The position numbers were made by a program, and so were the translations under genes. Of a DNA stretch of 64,000 bases, positions 57,668 through 64,000 are shown in pieces; the stretch's first letter is position 1, and every line of letters starts with the position of its first letter. Origin of the DNA: a virus. The DNA is taken from the IMG/VR virus record IMGVR_UViG_3300044712_001401, positions 25,066-89,065 of that record; one strand, 5' to 3'. The notes under the pieces are model-generated. The model saw only the letters and a list, made by a program, of their open reading frames with translations, was not told where the DNA came from and made no database searches.

Positions 57668-58900
57668 ATGTTCCGAGCCCATCCATTGTCGCACCTGATC
57701 CCAAGTCGCAACACGTTCTCCGCCGAACCGATGACGCCGGCAACGTCGGCGGTTGTGTTGTCGTCGCTCTATTCTGACTCCGGCGGTTTCGTGGGAGCGT
57801 TTTGCGCAAATAGCGAACGCGGTCCGACGTGGGCGAATCGCGTAGCCAACTACGATCGCGACGAGTTTCGACACGATACGCCGGGGAATATCAAACGATT
57901 TTCAGAATTGCCGACGGCTCGGATTCAACCGGGGGCCGGTAAGGGGCAGCGGTCGATCGTGTGGCGTCACGCGTTGGAGCAATGGCGCAAGAACGGCTCG
58001 GAGGGGCCGTTACCTTTTTCGTGCTATCAGGATTATGGTTCGTGCGTCGACGCGGAGGCGTCGGAACGCATCACGGCGATGGCTGGGTGGAGAGCCGCTC
58101 AGCCGACGTTGCGGGAGCGATTCCGGCGAGCGGCGGCGTGGTATCGCTACGCCAACCGTGGGTTTTGCTCGGACGGCTGGAGCGGCTGGGCGTGCGCGAA
58201 AGTCGCGTTACAAATCGGTGTTGCTTGGCGTCAGAAGTACGATGAGGGCGATTTCGAGGACGACGACAAGAACGAGCAAATTGTCGCGCGCACGTGGTGC
58301 AGGAACGGTGTGCCAAAAAGTCTTGCGGAACGAACGCAACGCGAGCACCCGCACAAAGACGGATCGATCACCGATTTCGATGGCGGGATGGAAGGGTTGC
58401 GAGACGTGTTGCTGGCGGGTGGGACCATCGCGACGGGCGGAGTCGTTACCAGCGGTGGCTCTCGTCCGTTCACTCCGGGACGAGTTGGGCCGCATATGCA
58501 AGGCATCGGCGGGTTTGACGACACCGACGAGTACCGGAAGTTCATCAAGGACCGGATGGGGTATACGCTCCCGGAAAACGACTTTGCGCTAGTGTTCAAC
58601 CAGACCTGGGGCGAGGGCTGGAGCGGCGAGTGCGCCGACCAATACTGGCCGGATTTTTGGGGCGAAAAACCGCAGGGGGCGTGGGTCTGTCTGGCATCGT
58701 GGGCGTTACGCAATTTTGAGGGCGATATGCTGGCTTGGCTCCCGGATTTCGTTGGCGTGGCGGACCCAAATCCGGTTCCGCCGAATCCGGTTCCACCGCC
58801 GGCTCCGCCGGGGCCGATTCCGCCGAGCGGCGTTGTCGTCGGCGGGCAAGTAACGCTGAACGGCAAGGCTTACATTTTGGTTCCGAAACCGGAACTGTAG
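57668..58900 (+). CDS. Papain-like (C1) cysteine peptidase
   Basis: QDYGSCV, GPHMQ and FNQTWGEGW give the Q-C-H-N catalytic set; Pro-rich tail. Confidence 0.65.
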   Translation: MFRAHPLSHLIPSRNTFSAEPMTPATSAVVLSSLYSDSGGFVGAFCANSERGPTWANRVANYDRDEFRHDTPGNIKRFSELPTARIQPGAGKGQRSIVWRHALEQWRKNGSEGPLPFSCYQDYGSCVDAEASERITAMAGWRAAQPTLRERFRRAAAWYRYANRGFCSDGWSGWACAKVALQIGVAWRQKYDEGDFEDDDKNEQIVARTWCRNGVPKSLAERTQREHPHKDGSITDFDGGMEGLRDVLLAGGTIATGGVVTSGGSRPFTPGRVGPHMQGIGGFDDTDEYRKFIKDRMGYTLPENDFALVFNQTWGEGWSGECADQYWPDFWGEKPQGAWVCLASWALRNFEGDMLAWLPDFVGVADPNPVPPNPVPPPAPPGPIPPSGVVVGGQVTLNGKAYILVPKPEL

Positions 58901-58973
58901 TTGTTGGAGTTGATTGCGTCTGGTGTAATCCGCCGACGGATTGTTCGTTGGCACTTTGTTTAGGAGCAAATCG

Positions 58974-59219
58974 ATGAATCGCAAGGCTTGTTTGCGTGTG
59001 TTGGTGTTGGGCGTGGTGGCGTTGGCGTTCCTCATTCCGATCGGCGGCGTTGACGCTGGCGAGTGCGGGCTGCTCTCGGGTGTGTGCGGGCGTGGAGTCA
59101 CGCGCGACCGCGAGGGGCGATATGTCGCACGCGTTGGCGAGCGAGTCGCGGTCGTCGGCGGAGTCGTGCTCAGGAAGGCTCGCGGCGCTTTTCGTTGGAC
59201 GATTCGCGCTCGCTCGTAA
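58974..59219 (+). CDS. Small signal-peptide/membrane protein
   Basis: AGGAG RBS; hydrophobic N-terminus and basic C-terminus. Confidence 0.55.
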   Translation: MNRKACLRVLVLGVVALAFLIPIGGVDAGECGLLSGVCGRGVTRDREGRYVARVGERVAVVGGVVLRKARGAFRWTIRARS

Positions 59220-59314
59220 CGACGGTCGGTGAGGCTAACGTAGTCGCTCCGCCCGAGCCAAAGGTACTCGGGCGGAGCCGTTCTAAAAACGCTCAAGATA
59301 CGATTGGGGAAAGC

Positions 59315-59941
59315 GTGGACTCGACAGCAGACATAGCGACCGTTGTGATCTCAGTGTTGGGAGCCGGCGGTTTGTCGGCGCTTTCTGTGAAGTGGCTTGA
59401 ATATCGGCAGAAAGCGCACGAGATGGACCAGACGCACGAATCTGGAGTCCTGGAGCGGATGGAGACGCGGCTCACCATTGTCGAGGCGGCCGAACGCGAG
59501 TGCCAAAACGCGAAGGAGTCGTTGCTACGAGAAATCGGAACGCTACGCTCGGAGAACGCCGGACTCAAGGCGGACGTCGCGCAAATCAAGCGGCATATTG
59601 AGCGAGCGAACGGCTCACGCGTCATCCGGGGATCGTGCTGCGACGACGGACGGATTACGGCATGGTTCGATGCGGCGGATGGAGCATGGATTGGATGGCG
59701 TTGCGCCGAGATGCTGGGAAGCCCAATTGAACGGCTTGTTCCACCCGAGGCTCGGGATGCTCACATCGAGGCGTTTACGCTCGCGGCTCGCTCGGCCGAA
59801 CCGATTCGCAATCGGCAATTTCGCGACGTCTATATCCAAACGGCAGGCGGCGCAACAATGCAGGCGACCGTGATTGTCAACACCGTAGAGCGAGACGGGA
59901 ACCGCTCGTTTGAGTTCGAGATCCATCGACGCGACGAGTAG
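59315..59941 (+). CDS. TM + coiled-coil + PAS-domain protein
   Basis: IATVVISVLGAGGL TM; heptad region; IGWRCAEMLGSPIERLVPPEARDAH PAS signature. Confidence 0.65.
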   Translation: MDSTADIATVVISVLGAGGLSALSVKWLEYRQKAHEMDQTHESGVLERMETRLTIVEAAERECQNAKESLLREIGTLRSENAGLKADVAQIKRHIERANGSRVIRGSCCDDGRITAWFDAADGAWIGWRCAEMLGSPIERLVPPEARDAHIEAFTLAARSAEPIRNRQFRDVYIQTAGGATMQATVIVNTVERDGNRSFEFEIHRRDE

Positions 59942-59971
59942 CGGCGGTGGCAAACACCCGATCTGACGTGC

Positions 59972-60005
59972 AAAAAGGCGAGCCTAGAACGGCTCGCCTT
60001 TTTTT
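59972..60005. terminator. Bidirectional rho-independent terminator
   Basis: AAAAAGGCGAGCC-TAGAAC-GGCTCGCCTTTTTTT. Confidence 0.85.
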
Positions 60006-60036
60006 GTGGATTCTTTCAGGAATCAGTGCTTGCCGG

Positions 60037-60124
60037 TTGACTCCTATGCCGAGGATGGTAGTATTGCCCCATCGGACGCACGGGGCGGACGAGACGAAAA
60101 ACGCGAGACGACGGGAGACTGGAA
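60037..60124 (+). promoter_or_regulatory. Repeated promoter/leader element, copy 6
   Basis: TTGACT-16-TAGTAT; CCCCATCGGACGCACGGGGCGGACGAGACGAAAA; ACGGGAGACTGGAA then ATG. Confidence 0.75.
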
Positions 60125-60451
60125 ATGACTACAAAAGCATACGCACCGCGAATAATCGAAACTGGACTCACGGCGGTAGTCAAGGCTCGGGTGACAAAGT
60201 CGCTCGACGGGACCGGGTTTACGGTTTGGGCGGACGTCGTAACGCCGGTCGTCGACAGGCCCACGACATATGGGATCACGGTACGGTCGGCGGCTCTCGC
60301 GGGGCGAATCGCGGCTTGTATCGACGATCAGAAAGCCTTCGGGCCGGCGGCCGAGTTGCGAGCCGACATCAACGGCCAGACCTATATTTCGCACTCGGCG
60401 AAAATCTTGGGGCGAACCGCGAACGCCGACCTTCGGCGGCTCGGGTACTAG
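60125..60451 (+). CDS. Hypothetical protein
   Basis: ATG directly after the repeated leader. Confidence 0.65.
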   Translation: MTTKAYAPRIIETGLTAVVKARVTKSLDGTGFTVWADVVTPVVDRPTTYGITVRSAALAGRIAACIDDQKAFGPAAELRADINGQTYISHSAKILGRTANADLRRLGY

Positions 60452-60527
60452 GAGCAAGACGAGCGGCGAGCGTCGCGGGGACGCTCGCCACGGGGCGAGT
60501 TGTAAGACGACAACGGGAGACGACACG

Positions 60528-62096
60528 ATGGCGACGACAAGCAAAAAAAAGACGGCGAAGACGCAACACGAGCCGGCAAAGGAAAATCGGCGCGACGGGT
60601 TGGTGCGGCAATTCAAGGCGGCGAGGCGAGTGTCGGTTCCGCTGATCTGGATCAAGACGCCGGATGCGTCGCGGACGCAGACCGTAATCGCGGATGCCGT
60701 GAACGGCGACCGGCCGGCGGCGAAGTTATCGTGGGACGTCGTGCGAGGCGTCCACGCGCTAAATGACGCGGGGCGGGAAGCCTTGCGGACTCTCGGCGAC
60801 GACAAGGTTCAGGAGACGGTTCAGAATCCGACGGCAATGCTTGTTATCGCGCAGGGATTGCCGGAGCGGACCGTTTTGTTTTTCCATAACGCGCAGCGTT
60901 TCATCGACGACGTCTCGGTCATGCAGGCGGCGGCTAACCTCCGGGACGCGTACAAAGGAGACCGTCGCACGTTGGTCCTGCTTGGGCCGTCGGCTCCGCT
61001 ACCCGTCGAGTTGCAAACCGACGTCTTGGTTCTGGACGAGCCGCTCCCGGCGGAAGCCGAATTGCGCGAAATTGTGCAAGAGCAAATCTCGGCGGCCGGC
61101 GACCAAATCGAGTTCGCGGTTACGCCGGAACTACTCACGGACGCGGCGGGGCGGCTCAAGGGGACGTCGGCTTTCGCGGCGGAGCAACTTACGGCGATGT
61201 CGCTGGGGCGGTCGGCGATCGACATGCACGGTCTCGACGAGCAGGCACGCGAGCTAATCGAGCAAACGCCGGGGCTTGCCTTCGAGCGAGGGGCGGAGAC
61301 GTTCGAGGACATCGGCGGTCTGGACTTCGCCAAGGCGTTCGGCTCGCGACTATTTGGCGGGCCGCTCGCGCCGTCCGTCGTCGTGCGAGTCGAGGAAATC
61401 GAAAAGGTGATGTCCGGGGCAAAAGGGGACTTGAGTGGAACGAGCGGCGACGCGCTGCAAGTGCTCTTGAGCGAGATGGAGGATAACGGGTGGACCGGAA
61501 TGCTCGCCTTCGGCGCGCCTGGAGCAGGAAAATCGCTATTCGCGAAAAGCCTTGCTAACACGTTCAACGCTCGCCCAATCCGGTTCGACATGAACGCGAC
61601 CAAGGGCTCGCTCGTTGGGCAGTCCGAGCAGCGGATTCGAGCCGCGCTCAAAGTCATCAAGACAATCGGCGGATCGCGGGTGTTTTTCCTAGCGTCTTGC
61701 AATCGGCTCGACTCGCTCCCGGCGGAGCTACAACGCCGGTTCCGTTGCGGCGTTTGGTTTTTTGATATTCCTGGACCGGCGGAATTGTCGCAAATCTGGG
61801 ACATCAACCGCGCGCGGTTTGGCATTGCCGACGACGACGAAACGCCGGCGATCTCGGAATTGACTGGTGCGGACGTCCGGAATATCTGCGAGATGGCGGC
61901 GGCGTTGCGGTGCTCGCTCTCCGAGGCGCTTGCCTTTGTCGTGCCTCTCAAGCAGCAGAGCCCCACGGCGGTGGCGGACGCACGCGCGATGGCGGCGAAT
62001 AAGTTTATCTGCGCGACTCGCGGCGGAGTGTACGAAACGCCGGACAAGCGAAGGGCTCGCGGCGAGCGTCCGACGCGGACCGTCGAAGTCGAATAG
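60528..62096 (+). CDS. Ycf46-like AAA ATPase with permuted motif order
   Basis: Ycf46-type N-terminus, FEDIGGL, VEEIEK placed before GAPGAGKS, ASCN and LTGADV. Confidence 0.85.
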   Translation: MATTSKKKTAKTQHEPAKENRRDGLVRQFKAARRVSVPLIWIKTPDASRTQTVIADAVNGDRPAAKLSWDVVRGVHALNDAGREALRTLGDDKVQETVQNPTAMLVIAQGLPERTVLFFHNAQRFIDDVSVMQAAANLRDAYKGDRRTLVLLGPSAPLPVELQTDVLVLDEPLPAEAELREIVQEQISAAGDQIEFAVTPELLTDAAGRLKGTSAFAAEQLTAMSLGRSAIDMHGLDEQARELIEQTPGLAFERGAETFEDIGGLDFAKAFGSRLFGGPLAPSVVVRVEEIEKVMSGAKGDLSGTSGDALQVLLSEMEDNGWTGMLAFGAPGAGKSLFAKSLANTFNARPIRFDMNATKGSLVGQSEQRIRAALKVIKTIGGSRVFFLASCNRLDSLPAELQRRFRCGVWFFDIPGPAELSQIWDINRARFGIADDDETPAISELTGADVRNICEMAAALRCSLSEALAFVVPLKQQSPTAVADARAMAANKFICATRGGVYETPDKRRARGERPTRTVEVE

Positions 62097-62201
62097 TGGT
62101 GGGTCTCTCGTTTCCGCCGGCTCGTCACCGGCGGAGTCTCGGGGGCGGACGTTGGGAGCAATCCTGACGTCCGCCCCACCCGTATCTAGGAGCGTGGGCC
62201 T

Positions 62202-63101
62202 ATGGAGTCGCTGTTGTATCGTCGAAAAATTGAGTGTATGGAGGCGGTGACCGTGGTCGAAATTCAACGGCCGTCTCCCTACGAGCGGGTGGCTCCGTTT
62301 GCGCGGTGGCGGGCGCGTCGCGAGTCGCTCGACGGTTCGCAGGTAGGCGAGTGGGGCGAATTTACGAACCTGCTTCCGGCCGGCGGGTCGCACGTTGACG
62401 CGCGCTCTAAGTCGCAGGAATTTGAGGCGCGGATTTTGCGAGACGGCTGGGCTCCGGTGTCTCGTCGCTCGAACGCGGCGATCGCGCCGTCGCAAGGCGA
62501 GGCTGGATTCGGCGATCGGCCAGTCGTTGTCGAGTCGCGAGTTTATATGCGCGAAGACGACGTCTCGAAAGTCGATTGCGTGACCGTTTCGGCGTTGGTC
62601 GCGGACCCGTTTCGCTATCGTCCCGAACAAGTCGATGGCTACAACCCGGTTCTGGTCGGCGTTGGAGGCGACATCCCGGTCCCGTCGTTGATTCGTCCCG
62701 TGCCTTGTGTCGTTGAGTCGTGCGAGAGCGATGGCGGAGTCGATTCGCGGTCTGGTGGCACGCGGGTGCGGCTTGTTTTGCGCCCTGTTGAGTTGCCAAC
62801 GCGCGACCCCGTGCAAGTTTGGCTTCGCAGCTTAGTCGGGCGTCCAAGGCCGCTCTCGTACGAGACGCTTTGGTCGGAACTGTCGCGGGTTGTCGGCGAC
62901 TCGCGGCAGCGGCGCGCAATTCTGGCACAAGTGATGCGAGACGAAGTTGACGTCGGAATTTCCGAGGAGCAACGCGCGGAGCGGATCGCGGCGATTCAAG
63001 AACGCGAACAAGCCGAGCGAAAGGCGACGGAGGCGGCGAGAGAGGAGCGGCGAGCGGCGTACGCTCGCCCGGTGCGTAAAATCGATTTGGGAGACGAGTG
63101 A
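62202..63101 (+). CDS. Hypothetical protein
   Basis: AGGAG RBS and ATG; C-terminal coiled coil ending RKIDL. Confidence 0.55.
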   Translation: MESLLYRRKIECMEAVTVVEIQRPSPYERVAPFARWRARRESLDGSQVGEWGEFTNLLPAGGSHVDARSKSQEFEARILRDGWAPVSRRSNAAIAPSQGEAGFGDRPVVVESRVYMREDDVSKVDCVTVSALVADPFRYRPEQVDGYNPVLVGVGGDIPVPSLIRPVPCVVESCESDGGVDSRSGGTRVRLVLRPVELPTRDPVQVWLRSLVGRPRPLSYETLWSELSRVVGDSRQRRAILAQVMRDEVDVGISEEQRAERIAAIQEREQAERKATEAAREERRAAYARPVRKIDLGDE

Positions 63102-63829
63102 TGCGAGACGAGACAAAAAAGCTCTTGGCAATTAAGCGAACGACGTGCGACTGTGAAAGTTGTCGCTGCGGTTGCTATACGAATCCGGGGACGCTGTCGC
63201 CAACCGATATCGTCGCGATTGAGTCGCTACGATGCGTCGACGTTGGGCAGCGCGAGGCGTGGTGGATTCGTCACGCTGAAATCTCGGCAGCGGCTCGGAT
63301 GCGCCGGACGGTCGAAATCAAACAAGCGGATGGCAGCAAGACGACGCAGGTTGTTGATATCCCGGTGGCGGTGATTGTTCCGTCGCTCGTCGTCGACGAG
63401 GGCTCGCCAACCGGCAAGCGGTGCGTGTTCTTGGGCGAGGATGGGCGTTGCGGAATCCACGAGGCGTCGCCCGTCGGTTGTCGCTTGTTCGATTCGCATC
63501 AGCCGACCGTTGTCGCACTTCGGATTTTGCGAGTCATTGCGGACGAGTCGGTTCACTCGGCGGCGACCGTGATGCTGGCCCCCGAGACTGCGACGGAAGC
63601 CGATCGAGCCCATGAACTGGTCGCGGAATCGCTTTTGAAAAGCAAGAAAATATCAACGTCGTCTCCGCAGGCTCGCGCTCAGAACATGCGAGAGCTACAC
63701 CGAATTATCACGGCTGCTCAATTGCTCGGTCCGTCGGTTGCGTCGGCGGTCCGAGCGGCGACTGCCTGCTCTGGAATTGATCTAGACGCGGCTTACATCG
63801 CGGATGACGGCGGGCCGCACGGAGTATAG
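63098..63829 (+). CDS. YkgJ-like Cys-cluster (Zn/Fe-chelating) protein
   Basis: CDCESCRCGC...CVFL...CGIHEASPVGCRLF. Confidence 0.7.
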   Translation: MMRDETKKLLAIKRTTCDCESCRCGCYTNPGTLSPTDIVAIESLRCVDVGQREAWWIRHAEISAAARMRRTVEIKQADGSKTTQVVDIPVAVIVPSLVVDEGSPTGKRCVFLGEDGRCGIHEASPVGCRLFDSHQPTVVALRILRVIADESVHSAATVMLAPETATEADRAHELVAESLLKSKKISTSSPQARAQNMRELHRIITAAQLLGPSVASAVRAATACSGIDLDAAYIADDGGPHGV

Positions 63830-63836
63830 AGCGATT

Positions 63837-64000
63837 CTTGGGGCGTGCTTGGGGCGTGCTTGGGGCGTGCTTGCGGGCGTGCTTGGGGCGTGCTTGGGGC
63901 GTGCTTGGGGCGTGCTTGGGGCGTGCTTGCGGGCGTGCTTGGGGCGTGCTTGCGGGCGTGCTTGGGGCGTGCTTGCGGGCGTGCTTGGGGCGTGCTTGGG
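63837..64000. repeat. Tandem repeat (CTTGGGGCGTG)n with a CTTGCGGGCGTG variant
   Basis: 14 full units plus a partial unit, four of them the 12-bp variant; runs off the window end. Confidence 0.95.

Noticed and set aside
134-60124. Repeated leader as a CRISPR repeat, attC site, IS end or DGR template/variable repeat
   Set aside because: The copies are dispersed, always precede an ATG and contain -35/-10 boxes. No integrase, transposase or reverse transcriptase was seen.
60821-62816. 452-aa and 362-aa minus-strand ORFs
   Set aside because: They are shadows of the AAA ATPase and the next gene, with no recognisable motifs.
63837-64000. Possible CRISPR array
   Set aside because: The units are contiguous 11-12 bp repeats with no unique spacers, and no cas genes are present.

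Overview
This window is a GC-rich, almost entirely plus-strand segment of a tailed dsDNA phage or prophage with an HK97-type capsid and siphovirus-like tail. A planctomycete-like host is only a guess from gene style (CsrA, Pro-rich papain-fold proteins). Gene order: accessory and DNA-modification genes (0.2-7.8 kb); head genes (7.9-20.5 kb); neck, tail and tape measure genes (21-35 kb); an amidoligase plus glutamine amidotransferase pair; a glycosyltransferase/methyltransferase cluster (39-44 kb); CsrA, recombination genes, a replication initiator with iterons and DnaB (44.7-50.9 kb); accessory cassettes, HNH, HD and RusA genes and a possible lysis block; a Ycf46-like AAA ATPase; and a G-rich tandem repeat at the right edge. 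No terminase, integrase, tRNA or CRISPR array was recognised. The most striking observation is a 286-aa intein in the MuF gene. Its sense-strand insert has no recognisable nuclease, but the opposite strand carries a fully nested HTH + DUF559/Vsr-like endonuclease gene whose Shine-Dalgarno is formed by the codons of the intein's conserved VYDL motif. Other highlights: four mucin-like poly-Ser proteins in the virion gene region alongside Maf-like and other glycosyltransferases; an AAA ATPase with Walker B placed before Walker A; a prohead protease-AAA fusion; and a promoter/leader element repeated six times ahead of mostly small accessory genes. All family assignments come from motifs read by eye, not from database searches.
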